DNA of 42,279 nt from an uncultured Lachnospiraceae bacterium (GCA_900313745.1 OMSM01000035.1:1-42279), one strand, 5' to 3'. Shown: positions 1-8,628, numbered from the stretch's first letter. A program made the numbers and translations. Notes: a model not told the origin generated them from the sequence alone.

Positions 1-88
1 CCGCACGCTTACCGCACGCTTACCGCACGCTTATCGCACGCTTGTCGCACGCTGGTTGCGCGCCGGCCGCGCGCTTGCCGCGCGTGTC
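1..88. repeat. 11-bp tandem repeat (CCGCACGCTTA), degenerating rightwards, probably cut by the window edge
   Basis: ccgcacgctta x3, then tcgcacgcttg, tcgcacgctgg, ttgcgcgccgg, ccgcgcgcttg read directly. Confidence 0.9.
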
Positions 89-116
89 GCGGGCCGGCCG
101 GTGAAACAGACAACTA

Positions 117-222
117 AAGACGGTAGCTTCGCGGATGTGCATATCAAAGCTGACGGCAGCCAGCATATGCTGCCACCAATGGCAGGCCCCGGGCAGGCAG
201 AGGTTCGAATCCTCCGTTATTG
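117..222 (+). other. Degenerate tRNA-like sequence (T-arm GAGG-TTCGAAT-CCTC)
   Basis: Canonical T-loop GGTTCGAATCC at 202-212; TAGCTT...AAGC D-like arm (124-150); hairpin ggcagc/gctgcc (155-174). Spacing is not canonical. Confidence 0.25.
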
Positions 223-328
223 TTACGCCCGGACAGCGCACAAACGCATGGTTATTCTGTACGGTTTACTACCGGATATGAGCCGCGGAGCGAGGGTGGG
301 ACAGGGGACTTTTTCAGGAGAGAACGAA

Positions 329-949
329 ATGATACCGGACGTGATCAGCAATCCATCATCGCTTGTCAGCGGAAGCCTTCTGGCGTCGGCGGCGCTTCTC
401 GCGCTCACCGCCGCGGCCGGCTTCGTGTTCAGCCTGGTCTCGAAGGCCATTTTCTCTATGCTTTCGGTTGTTCTCGGAAGCCGGTTCGCGTATGTTTTCG
501 CGAACGGACTCACTGTGCCGGGCGTGCTGCACCACGAGCTCTCGCACGCCGTCGCGGCGCTTCTTACCGGCGCGAGGGTGAGCAGCTTTACCATCATCCC
601 GAAGGGCGGCGCCCTGGGCCAGGTGGGCATTGTTCCCCGCGGGTCAAAACTCATGCAGGGCCTTCAGCTGTCCTTCTCCGCCGTCGCGCCGGCGCTCTTC
701 GGCGTCGGCACGCTGCTGCTCTCGCTCACGTACGTCTTTCCGGGGCTTTCGGCGCCCTGGCAGCACATCCTGTTCTGGTACCTGATCATCTGCCTGGTGC
801 TGCACATGACGCTGAGCGGCGCGGACTGGAAGAACTTCCTGCGGGGCATCCTCGGCACCTGGATCATCCTCTTCGCCGTGTGCTTCCTCCTCCAGCTGCT
901 CGGGGTGGACCTCATGGGCCCTGTTCAGGAGATCCTGCCGGTCCTGTGA
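329..949 (+). CDS. M50-like (HExxH) membrane zinc metallopeptidase
   Basis: GGAG RBS at 317-320 before ATG 329; PGVLHHELSHAVAALLTGA motif; several hydrophobic TM segments. Confidence 0.75.
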   Translation: MIPDVISNPSSLVSGSLLASAALLALTAAAGFVFSLVSKAIFSMLSVVLGSRFAYVFANGLTVPGVLHHELSHAVAALLTGARVSSFTIIPKGGALGQVGIVPRGSKLMQGLQLSFSAVAPALFGVGTLLLSLTYVFPGLSAPWQHILFWYLIICLVLHMTLSGADWKNFLRGILGTWIILFAVCFLLQLLGVDLMGPVQEILPVL

Positions 950-953
950 GGAT

Positions 954-3557
954 TTATTCTCCGCCGAACACTTTGTCCGCGTACCGCACCGTCGCCATGG
1001 CATCCGCCGCGTAATAGTCCGCGCCGATCGCCGCCGCGTACTCCTCCGTCATCACCGCGCCGCCCACGACCACCAGGGTGTCGGGCTTGCGCTCGCGGAG
1101 GAGTTTTATCGTGTCCTCCATGCTGACCACGGTGGTGGTCATGAGGGCCGAGAGTCCGACGAGCCGGATGTTCTCCCGGACCGCGGTGTCCGCAATCACC
1201 TCCGGGGGCACGTCCTTTCCGAGATCAATCACTTCATAGCTGTAATTCTCCAGCATTACCTTCACGATGTTCTTGCCGATATCATGAATATCGCCCTTTA
1301 CCGTGGCGAGGATAATCCTGCCCTTCGGCTCGGAGGCGGAGCCGGCCATGCCCTCCTTTATCTTCTCGAAGGCCGCTTTGGCGGCGTCCGCCGAGAGGAG
1401 GAGCTGCGGCAGGAAAACCGTGCCCTGCTCGAAGCCCCTGCCGACCTCGTCGAGGGCCGGGATGAGCGCGGCATTGATCAGGTCCAGCGGGTCAAAACTC
1501 GCGAGCGCCTGCGCGGTAATCCTTGCGGCCTTATCGGAGAGCCCGCGCCTTACGCTTTCCCTCAGCGCCGAGGAGAGCTCTTCCGGGGAGGCTTTGTCGG
1601 AGAAAACCGCGGCGTCCGCAGCGCCGGAAGAAGCCGCGCCGGATGAAGCCGCGGCGGAAGAGGCGGCACCGGAAGAAGCCGCGCCGGCGGAAGAACCGGC
1701 GGCGCGGGGGGAGGCCTGTACGGACGGGGACGCCGCGGCGGGGACGCCGGCGTAGGCGGCGATGTAGTCCATGCAGTTCTCGTCCATGGCGAGCAGCGCC
1801 AGCGAGGAGCGGTAGGCGTTCATCATCTCCGGGTTTAACGGGTTCATGATCGCCGCCGAGAGACCGCGCTCCATGGCCATGCCGAGGAAGGCGGCGTTTA
1901 CCAGCTCGCGGTGGGGCAGGCCGAAGGAGATGTTGGAGACCCCGAGGATGGTGAGGCCGTTCCGGGAGCCGTCCTTAAGCTGCCCCAGGGTTTCCAGGGT
2001 GGTCAGCGCGGAGCGCCCGTCCGAGGAGACCGTAAGGGCCAGGGCGTCGATGATGATGTCCTTCGCGGGGATGCCGTATTCCTCCGCCGCGGCGTAGATC
2101 TTCAGCGCGACGGCCACCCGGCCCTCCGCGGTGTCGGGGATGCCGCTCTCGTCGAGGCAGAGGCCGACCAGGACGCCGCCGTATCTGGCCACGACGGGCA
2201 TGACCTTCTCGATGCTCTCCCTCGTGCCGTTGACGGAATTGACCATGGCCTTGCCGTTGTAGAGCCTGAGGGCGCGCTCGAGCGCCGCCGGATCCGAGGT
2301 GTCGATCTGGAGCGGCAGCGGGGTGACCGACTGAAGGCGGTCCACGACCTCGGCCATCATCGCGGGCTCGTCGATTTCCGGCAGGCCAACATTGACGTCG
2401 AGGATGTCGGCGCCGGCGCTCTCCTGGGCGAGCCCTTCGTTCAGGATGTAGTCGATGTTTCTGTCGCGGAGGGCCTGCTTAAAGGCCTTCTTCCCGGTGG
2501 GGTTGATCCGCTCGCCGATGATGACGGTGCGCCTGCCCAGCTCCACCGCGCGGGAGAAGGAGGAGACGACGGTGCGCTGCTTTTCGGAGGCCGGGATGAA
2601 GGGGAGAGGACGCACCGCGTCGGCGAGGGCGCGGATGTGGTCGGGGGTGGTGCCGCAGCAGCCGCCCATGACCTGGACGGGAAGCGCGGCGATATCCAGC
2701 ATGGCCTTCGCGAACTCCTCCGGCCCCACGTCGTAGACCGTCGCTCCGTTCTCATAGCGGGGCAGGCCGGCGTTGGGATTGACGACGACGGGGACCGAGG
2801 CGATCTCCGTAAGGCGCTTCACGATGGGGAGGAGCTGTACCGGGCCGAGGCCGCAGTTGACGCCGAGGGCGTCGACCTTAAGCCCCTCCAGTGTGGCCGT
2901 GACGGAGTCCACGCTTCCGCCGGTCAGGAGTTTTCCCCTTCCGTCAAAGGTCACGGTGACGATCACCGGAAGGCTGCAGGATTCTTTCGCCGCCAGCGCG
3001 GCGGCCTTGGCCTCGTAGGCGTCGCTCATGGTCTCGATGATGACGTAGTCCGCTCCCGCTTCGGCGCCGATGCGGACGACCTCGGAGAAGAGCTCCACGG
3101 CGCGCTCGAAGGGCAGGTCGCCCATGGGCGCGAGGAGCTTTCCGGTGGGGCCGATGTCCAGGCCGACGAAGGCGGGGCGGCGGGAGCTCCTGCCGGAACT
3201 TAAGTCGGAGCTGCTGTCGGAAGAAGGGCACCCGGCTTCGTCAGCGCCGGAAGATACGGGAGACCGCCCCGCGCGGTCCCTGGCCTCCGCGGCCAGCTCC
3301 ACGCCGCGGCGCACCACCGCCCGGAGCTCGTCGGGATCAGGATATTTCAGGGCGTTTGCGCCGAAGGTATTGGTGGTGATCATGTCCGCGCCGGCCTCGA
3401 GGTAGGCGGTATGGACGGCGATGATGTCGTCGGGATGGGTGATATTCCAGCGCTCGGGAAGCTCGCCGCCCTTAAGGCCTCTGGCCTGGAGGAGAGAGCC
3501 CATGCCGCCGTCGTTGATGAGAAGCTCACGGCCGAGTTTTGCGCGAAAATCGAACAT
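954..3557 (-). CDS. metH: Cobalamin-dependent methionine synthase core (Hcy-binding, pterin-binding and B12-binding domains; no C-terminal reactivation domain)
   Basis: DGGMGS, TNTFGAN, GVNCGLGP, GGCCGTTP, IIGERINPTGK, GDIHDIGKNIV and GLSALMTTT motifs; start MFDF with AAAGG RBS. Confidence 0.93.
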   Translation of the reverse strand: MFDFRAKLGRELLINDGGMGSLLQARGLKGGELPERWNITHPDDIIAVHTAYLEAGADMITTNTFGANALKYPDPDELRAVVRRGVELAAEARDRAGRSPVSSGADEAGCPSSDSSSDLSSGRSSRRPAFVGLDIGPTGKLLAPMGDLPFERAVELFSEVVRIGAEAGADYVIIETMSDAYEAKAAALAAKESCSLPVIVTVTFDGRGKLLTGGSVDSVTATLEGLKVDALGVNCGLGPVQLLPIVKRLTEIASVPVVVNPNAGLPRYENGATVYDVGPEEFAKAMLDIAALPVQVMGGCCGTTPDHIRALADAVRPLPFIPASEKQRTVVSSFSRAVELGRRTVIIGERINPTGKKAFKQALRDRNIDYILNEGLAQESAGADILDVNVGLPEIDEPAMMAEVVDRLQSVTPLPLQIDTSDPAALERALRLYNGKAMVNSVNGTRESIEKVMPVVARYGGVLVGLCLDESGIPDTAEGRVAVALKIYAAAEEYGIPAKDIIIDALALTVSSDGRSALTTLETLGQLKDGSRNGLTILGVSNISFGLPHRELVNAAFLGMAMERGLSAAIMNPLNPEMMNAYRSSLALLAMDENCMDYIAAYAGVPAAASPSVQASPRAAGSSAGAASSGAASSAAASSGAASSGAADAAVFSDKASPEELSSALRESVRRGLSDKAARITAQALASFDPLDLINAALIPALDEVGRGFEQGTVFLPQLLLSADAAKAAFEKIKEGMAGSASEPKGRIILATVKGDIHDIGKNIVKVMLENYSYEVIDLGKDVPPEVIADTAVRENIRLVGLSALMTTTVVSMEDTIKLLRERKPDTLVVVGGAVMTEEYAAAIGADYYAADAMATVRYADKVFGGE
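1621..1695. repeat. In-frame 15-bp tandem repeat in the metH linker (GAASS-type units)
   Basis: gcgccggaagaagcc / gcgccggatgaagcc / gcggcggaagaggcg / gcaccggaagaagcc. Confidence 0.85.
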
Positions 3558-3628
3558 AGCGGGAATCCTTTCTTTCTGAACAGGGATATTCCGAAAACCG
3601 GAATTACGGGGAACCGGGTAAAGGCCGA

Positions 3629-4432
3629 TCAGGTCGCCCGATACGGACAGCTTCCGGAGGCTCCGCAGGTATCGCACCCCCTGGCAGCGCACTCGGGCGG
3701 GGTGTCGGAGACCCCGATCACGGCGGTGATGGACTTGGACGGCACCATGAGAAGGCTGTCGGTCAGGGAGACGCCGATGGTCCGGGGCATGTCCAGGAGG
3801 CGGGAGAAATCCTTCTGGAATTCCAGGGAGAAGTCGCCGTAGCCCGGGGAGTACCGGGGACGAAGGAAACGGTTCTCCCCGCGCGCCTGCTCCTCCAGGG
3901 AGCGGTTGACCTCATCGCAGTACTCCTCGGCCATGGCCGCGCCGGCGGCCTGCAGGATGGCGGCACCCGGAAGGTCGCCTACCTCGGCCCGGCGCACCAG
4001 CAGGTCGGGGCCCGGACCGATGGTCACCGCCAGGAGGATGACCTCGGAGCAGCCGCGCAGATTCCGGTAAAGGTCCCGGCTTCGGACCTCGAAGCCGGCG
4101 TCTGCGGGGGAGCCGATCCGGATTGTCCCCTCGGCGGGGAAGGAGACCGGGAAGGCGCGGAAAACACTGCGCTTCCCGGCGGCGTCCCGGAGGGCGCGGA
4201 AGTTCCGGCCGATGCGCTCGCGGATTTCGTCGTCCGGCGTGATGCCGCGGTAGCCGAGATAGCGGCAGATCTCGCGGTAGAGAGAAGCGGGGAGATCAGG
4301 CTGGGCAGCGGCGGGCTCCCGGGTGCCTGTTTCAGGCTGGGCAGCGGCGGGCTCCCGGAGGCCTGCTTCCGGCAAAGCCGCGGCGGGCTGTTCCGAGGAG
4401 GGACCGGAGCCGAAGGAACGGTCCATGCTCAT
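3629..4432 (-). CDS. Stand-alone methionine synthase activation (reactivation) domain protein
   Basis: RYSPGYGD and LMVPSKSITAVIG motifs; C-terminal CxxxxCxxCxxxxxCPYR; lies between metF and metH; start overlaps the metF stop. Confidence 0.85.
   Translation of the reverse strand: MSMDRSFGSGPSSEQPAAALPEAGLREPAAAQPETGTREPAAAQPDLPASLYREICRYLGYRGITPDDEIRERIGRNFRALRDAAGKRSVFRAFPVSFPAEGTIRIGSPADAGFEVRSRDLYRNLRGCSEVILLAVTIGPGPDLLVRRAEVGDLPGAAILQAAGAAMAEEYCDEVNRSLEEQARGENRFLRPRYSPGYGDFSLEFQKDFSRLLDMPRTIGVSLTDSLLMVPSKSITAVIGVSDTPPECAARGCDTCGASGSCPYRAT
4296..4390. repeat. In-frame 36-bp tandem repeat (REPAAAQPE-like units)
   Basis: tcaggctgggcagcggcgggctcccgg at 4296 and 4332; degenerate third copy at 4368. 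Confidence 0.85.
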
Positions 4433-5292
4433 TTCAGGATCTCCGAGAGGTTATTCATGATGCCCGCGGCGATCTCCGGCTTGTTCATGCTGTAGACGTG
4501 GATGTGGGTCACGTTGTTGGCGATGAGGTCGATGATCTGCTCTGTGGCGTAGATGATGCCGGCCTGCTTCATCTGCGCGGGATCGCTGCCGAAGCGGTCC
4601 ACCATCATCCGCATGCGCTGAGGGACGGTGGAGCCGGAGAGCTTCACCGAGCGGGCGACCTGCTTCGGGTTCGTGATGGGCATGATGCCGGGAAGCACCG
4701 GCACGCTGATGCCGGCCTCGCGGATCCGGTAGAGGAAGTTGTAGAGCATGTTGTTGTCGAAGAACATCTGGGTGGTGAGGAAATCCACCCCCGCCTCAAC
4801 CTTCTCCTTGAGATGACGGATGTCCTCCGAGGGACTGTCGCACTCGACGTGGCCCTCGGGGTAGCAGGCGCCGCCGATGCACAGGTCGGGGGCAAGCTCC
4901 CGGATCTCGCGGATGAGCTCGGAGGCGTAGTGGTATTCGTAGGCGATGCGGCCCTCCTTCGGCTTGTCGCCGCGAAGCGCCATGATGTTCTCGATGCCGT
5001 GCTCCCGGTACTCGTCGATCATGTGATGGACGTGGTAGTGCGTGGAGGAGACACAGGTGAGATGGGCGAGGACGGGGACGCCGAATTTGTTCTGCAGATC
5101 CGCGGCGATGCGGGAGGTGCTGGCGCTGGTGCCTCCGCCCGCCCCGTAGGTCACGCTCATGAAATGGGGGCGGAGCGCCGCGATCTTCGCGGCGGCTTCC
5201 TCCACACTCACGAAGGCCTCTTCCGTTTTGGGCGGGAAGACCTCAAAGGAAATGGTGACGTCGTTGGCGGCGAGAATATCGGATATTTTCAT
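4429..5292 (-). CDS. metF: 5,10-methylenetetrahydrofolate reductase
   Basis: ISFEVFPPK, SVTYGAGG, AHLTC, ALRGD, CYPEGH and TQMFFD motifs; GGAGG RBS. Confidence 0.95.
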   Translation of the reverse strand: MKISDILAANDVTISFEVFPPKTEEAFVSVEEAAAKIAALRPHFMSVTYGAGGGTSASTSRIAADLQNKFGVPVLAHLTCVSSTHYHVHHMIDEYREHGIENIMALRGDKPKEGRIAYEYHYASELIREIRELAPDLCIGGACYPEGHVECDSPSEDIRHLKEKVEAGVDFLTTQMFFDNNMLYNFLYRIREAGISVPVLPGIMPITNPKQVARSVKLSGSTVPQRMRMMVDRFGSDPAQMKQAGIIYATEQIIDLIANNVTHIHVYSMNKPEIAAGIMNNLSEILK

Positions 5293-5392
5293 GGCGCTCC
5301 TCCGGACCGGGGTTCCGCGCGGGGACGGGGCGGTTTTGACCCTGTGCCGCGTCAGCGGATAAAACCGATCAAACAGATAGGTAATTTAACAT

Positions 5393-5401
5393 AGTATAGC
5401 A
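5393..5401 (-). promoter_or_regulatory. Extended -10 element (TGCTATACT) for the metF operon
   Basis: TG-n-TATACT on the minus strand ~100 nt upstream of metF, in an AT-rich intergenic patch. Confidence 0.55.
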
Positions 5402-5452
5402 TTCCCGGCAGTGTTAAGAAAGCCGGGGAAGCGTACCGGGGCACCCTTAAGA

Positions 5453-5461
5453 TGGTATAAT
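5453..5461 (+). promoter_or_regulatory. Extended -10 element (TGGTATAAT) for the lipoprotein gene
   Basis: Perfect TG-n-TATAAT ~80 nt upstream of the start. Confidence 0.65.
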
Positions 5462-5539
5462 AAGTAAGCGCCTGTCCGCCGGCACGAACCGGCCGCGCGG
5501 GAACACCGGCGCGCAACTATTCGAGGAGGTATGAATATT

Positions 5540-6721
5540 ATGAGAAGGAAGACAGCAGCGATAGCCATTGCGTTAGTTTTGTCGGCCGCGGCGGTTGGCT
5601 GCAGCGAAGTGGGAACGGCACCGGCAGCTCCGGCTCCGGCGGCAGAGGAAGCGGTTGAGGAAGTCACAGAAGAGGCCGAGGCCGTGGAGGAAGAGAACGA
5701 GGAGGCCGCCCCTGAGGAAGAAGCAGTCGAGGAGGCCGCCCCTGAGGAAGAAGAGGCCCAGGCCGAAATCGTGAGAGAGACCTACCAGAGTGCCGACGGA
5801 TGGTCGGTGCGCTATGATCCGGAAGCGATTGAGGTGCAGGAGGGCGACGGCTTCACTTCCTTCGTCTACACGGGCGAGAGTGCCGGAACCTGCATGATGA
5901 CCGTCACTCCGGTGGCCGATAAGGGCGCGGTGGAGGCCCTCGACGAGCTGACCGCCGAATGGGGCGATCCGGACGCGATCCAGAGCAGCGAGGCGCCGTT
6001 CCTGGGTGATGAGAGCACCATCGGCTACTGGCGTGTCCTTGAGGATTCCGGAGAGGGCTCCGGTCTGTCGGAGACCGCCATCGGCATCGACTACAAGGGC
6101 GGAGCGCTGATTTTCGATATCCTCACGCACAGGAGCGGCGAGGATGAGATCGACATTCCGGTGAGCGACGCGATCTCCGAGGTGCTGGATTCCTTTGACG
6201 CCGGCGAGGTTGACGAGGCCGCGGCGGAAGAGGGCATGACGACCGACATCGAGGGCTGCGAGACCTTCACGCAGATCGTGGACAAGCTGGAGGACGGCAG
6301 AGGCTATGCCAACGAGACCGTCGGCGACGCCGACGTGCTGCTGGTTTCGGAGGGAACCTTCGACAACCTCGACGGAAACGAGGCGGCGATCGACTCCGAG
6401 CTGTTCATCTATGACAGCGAGGGCGTTCCGGCCTATATCGGAAGCGTGAGCTCCGGAAGCACGGCTACCCCGCTGGCCATTAAGGACGGCGAGATCTATG
6501 TCGCGAGCCATCACTTCATCACCAGGTACACCGTGGAAGCCGGCGAGCTGGTGGTCGTGGAGGATGTCCGCGAGGATTTCGACGAGGACGGTGAGGCAAC
6601 CTACTCCGTCAACGGTGAGGTGGCTGAGGATCAGGAGGCCGCGAAGGCGCGCTTCGACGAGATGTTCGAGGAGTACGGCGCTGCCCAGGTCATCGGGTAT
6701 TCGACGGTGAGCCATGAGTAA
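5540..6721 (+). CDS. Highly acidic lipoprotein of unknown function
   Basis: GGAGG at 5525-5529 fits ATG 5540 better than 5531; basic N-terminus, hydrophobic stretch, lipobox AVG-C, Glu/Ala-rich linker with a 30-bp duplication (EEAAPEEE x2). Confidence 0.8.
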   Translation: MRRKTAAIAIALVLSAAAVGCSEVGTAPAAPAPAAEEAVEEVTEEAEAVEEENEEAAPEEEAVEEAAPEEEEAQAEIVRETYQSADGWSVRYDPEAIEVQEGDGFTSFVYTGESAGTCMMTVTPVADKGAVEALDELTAEWGDPDAIQSSEAPFLGDESTIGYWRVLEDSGEGSGLSETAIGIDYKGGALIFDILTHRSGEDEIDIPVSDAISEVLDSFDAGEVDEAAAEEGMTTDIEGCETFTQIVDKLEDGRGYANETVGDADVLLVSEGTFDNLDGNEAAIDSELFIYDSEGVPAYIGSVSSGSTATPLAIKDGEIYVASHHFITRYTVEAGELVVVEDVREDFDEDGEATYSVNGEVAEDQEAAKARFDEMFEEYGAAQVIGYSTVSHE

Positions 6722-6728
6722 TCGCGGG

Positions 6729-6826
6729 GAAAACTAAGAAAAAACTCAGGAAAAACGCAGAGAAAACTCGGGAAAAGCTTACAGAAAACCCGGGAAAACT
6801 TAAGAAAACGCGAAAAACGTAAAATC
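6729..6826. repeat. Phased A-tract array (10-11 bp period)
   Basis: A4-A6 tract units end at 6734, 6745, 6756, 6767, 6778, 6789, 6799, 6809, 6818 and 6826. Confidence 0.8.
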
Positions 6827-6864
6827 GCCGGGAGCACGTATGAAACGTGTTTCCGGCGGTTTTT
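6821..6864. terminator. Probable bidirectional intrinsic terminator
   Basis: aaaatcgccgggagcacgt-atgaa-acgtgtttccggcggttttt stem with A/T tails, between convergent genes. Confidence 0.7.
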
Positions 6865-6975
6865 GCGCGATAAGGCCGGCAAGTGACCACTGCGCTCGCG
6901 CGGGCGGGTATTTGCCGGCTGATGAGCATCGAGCAAGACAGGCGGCTTCAGCCGCCCGTCCGGTTATCGCCTGTC

Positions 6976-7551
6976 TTACCGCCGCGCCGTTTTCCGGCTC
7001 TCCAGGGCGAGAAGGGCGGTTTTGCGGGAGAGTCCGCCGGCGTAGCCGGTGAGCGCGCCTCCCGCGCCGAGCACGCGGTGGCAGGGGACGATGACGGAGA
7101 CCGGATTGCGGCCGACCGCCCCGCCGACGGCCCGGGCGGAGCTGTGAAGCGCCGCGGCCAGCCCGCCGTAGGTCACGGTCTCCCCGTAGGGGATGTCCTG
7201 AAGCAGGGCCCACACCCTCAGCTGGAAGGGCGTGCCGAGGAGATGAAGGGGCGGCGTGAAGTCCGGAATCTCTCCGGAGAAATAGAGGTCCAGCCATCGG
7301 GCGGAGGCGGCAAACAATGCTTCCGCATTGTTGGTTGCTTCCGCATTGCTGGTTGCGGAAGCGTTGCTGAATGCTTCCGCGTTTTCGCGGCACAGGGGCG
7401 TCTCTCCGTGCGGTTTCTCCGAAGCCGCGTCACCGGAAGAGAGCGTGGCGCCGAAGTGGGCCTGTCCCTCGAACCAGAGGCCGGTCAGGCCGCCGCTGTC
7501 CGCGGCGAGAAGTATGTTCCCCAGCGGGGAGTGGTATAAGGAAGTTGTCAT
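6976..7551 (-). CDS. ogt: Methylated-DNA--protein-cysteine methyltransferase (5' end possibly chimeric)
   Basis: YHSPLG, GTPFQ..VW, IPYGETVTYG, RAVGGAVGRNP and active-site PCHRV; no clear RBS at ATG 7551. Confidence 0.88.
   Translation of the reverse strand: MTTSLYHSPLGNILLAADSGGLTGLWFEGQAHFGATLSSGDAASEKPHGETPLCRENAEAFSNASATSNAEATNNAEALFAASARWLDLYFSGEIPDFTPPLHLLGTPFQLRVWALLQDIPYGETVTYGGLAAALHSSARAVGGAVGRNPVSVIVPCHRVLGAGGALTGYAGGLSRKTALLALESRKTARR
7318..7386. repeat. In-frame 18-bp tandem repeat in the Ogt insertion (NAEA units)
   Basis: tgcttccgc at 7318, 7336 and 7372, with a variant at 7354. Confidence 0.75.
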
Positions 7552-7984
7552 AGCAGCATAAAGTGTAATATTTTCCGTGTATTTTGTTGAGAAAGGTCCT
7601 GAAGTAGGACATATCCTGCTGCACGAAGAAGACGTCCAGGCTCTTTCCGCTGCTGTCATAGCCGAAAATATTGCGGGAGGCGACATTCAGGTTGTAGTAG
7701 AGCGTCTCCTCGGTCTCGACCATGACGCGGTCCAGGTTCTGCGCAAGCTGGACGACGGTCTCCTGTGTCTGCCGCGCGCTGGAGCGGAGCATCTCATTGC
7801 GGTAGATCGTGAGCGTGAGGAAGAGAATCACCGTCTCCACCAGCGCCACGGTCAGCACGATCGCCAGCGCCATCCGGGTGCGGATGGTAAAGATTCTCCG
7901 GCTGCCGGGCCCTGCGGTGTCCGTCCCGCGTCTTCGATTATCCGTCCGGACGGTATCCGCCCCGCGTGTCCCTGCCGCCCTCAT
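7430..7984 (-). pseudogene. 5' fragment of a YesM-like sensor histidine kinase (TM1 plus start of the extracellular domain) running out of frame into ogt
   Basis: TIRTRMALAIVLTVALVETVILFLTLTIYRNEM...QLAQNLDRVM is typical of a Firmicutes sensor N-terminus; ATGA overlap with the upstream stop; no kinase domain follows. Confidence 0.6.
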
Positions 7985-8628
7985 GCGCCTTCACGCTTCC
8001 GGGAGGCTGCGCCGCGCTTCTCCGCGCACTGTCCAGGAGCTGCAAAAACTCTTCCGGCTGCCTCTCCCGCGGACGCCTCGGCCGCAGCGGCCGGATCCCG
8101 CTCCGGAATCCGGGGGAGGTTCCACAGGAAGTGCGCAGCCAGCGCGTAGATGTGCTTGACGAAGATATCCGGCAGACGGCATGCCATCATGTCCCTGAGG
8201 AGCCCGCCGCCCACGCCGGTGAGAAATCCGAGAAAGGCCAGGAGGAAGAGATTCTCCCCGTAGCCCGCTTCCACGCCCACCATGACGCCGCCCACCGAGA
8301 AGGCGGCCAGGCCCAGCGTGTCGCACCAGAAGAGGAGCGAGTCATAGACCGGAAGGAGCCGGCTCGGCATCCGGCTGTACCGCCATACCAGAACGAAAAC
8401 CACGTTGGCCGTGACGGCCGCCACCGCCACGTAGGTGGGATCCCGGAACATCGCGGGCGGGAAGTGCCCGATCAGAATGTCCCGGATCATCCCGCCGCCC
8501 GTGGCGGTGGCGATGGCGAGCATATTTACGCCGAAGAGATCCATCCTGCGGCGGATCCCCGTGAGCGCCCCCGCGACGGCGAAGGCGATGGTGCCGATGA
8601 AATCAAAGAAGCCGATGAGCGTAAGCAT
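7981..8628 (-). CDS. Trimeric intracellular cation channel (TRIC/UPF0126, YeiH/YadS-like) family protein, apparently with an internal deletion
   Basis: DFIGTIAFAVAGA, DLFGV, ATGGGMIRD, DTLGLAAF and GVGGGLLRD motifs; IYALAA is joined directly to the terminal HFLWNLP motif. Confidence 0.8.
   Translation of the reverse strand: MLTLIGFFDFIGTIAFAVAGALTGIRRRMDLFGVNMLAIATATGGGMIRDILIGHFPPAMFRDPTYVAVAAVTANVVFVLVWRYSRMPSRLLPVYDSLLFWCDTLGLAAFSVGGVMVGVEAGYGENLFLLAFLGFLTGVGGGLLRDMMACRLPDIFVKHIYALAAHFLWNLPRIPERDPAAAAEASAGEAAGRVFAAPGQCAEKRGAASRKREGA

Noticed and set aside
56-328. Upstream extensions of the ORF-track calls (also 3558-3692, 20544-20627, 23898-24161, 38912-39058, 39069-39131)
   Set aside because: Downstream ATGs have Shine-Dalgarno sites and coincide with the start of family similarity
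1911-3203. 430-aa plus-strand ORF and similar long antisense ORFs (5573-6715, 8435-9484, 9888-10913, 13066-14151, 35041-36075)
   Set aside because: Shadow frames opposite well-supported genes, with no recognisable domains
5293-5392. SAM riboswitch or T-box upstream of metF
   Set aside because: Leader is short and lacks recognisable SAM-I, SMK or T-box consensus elements
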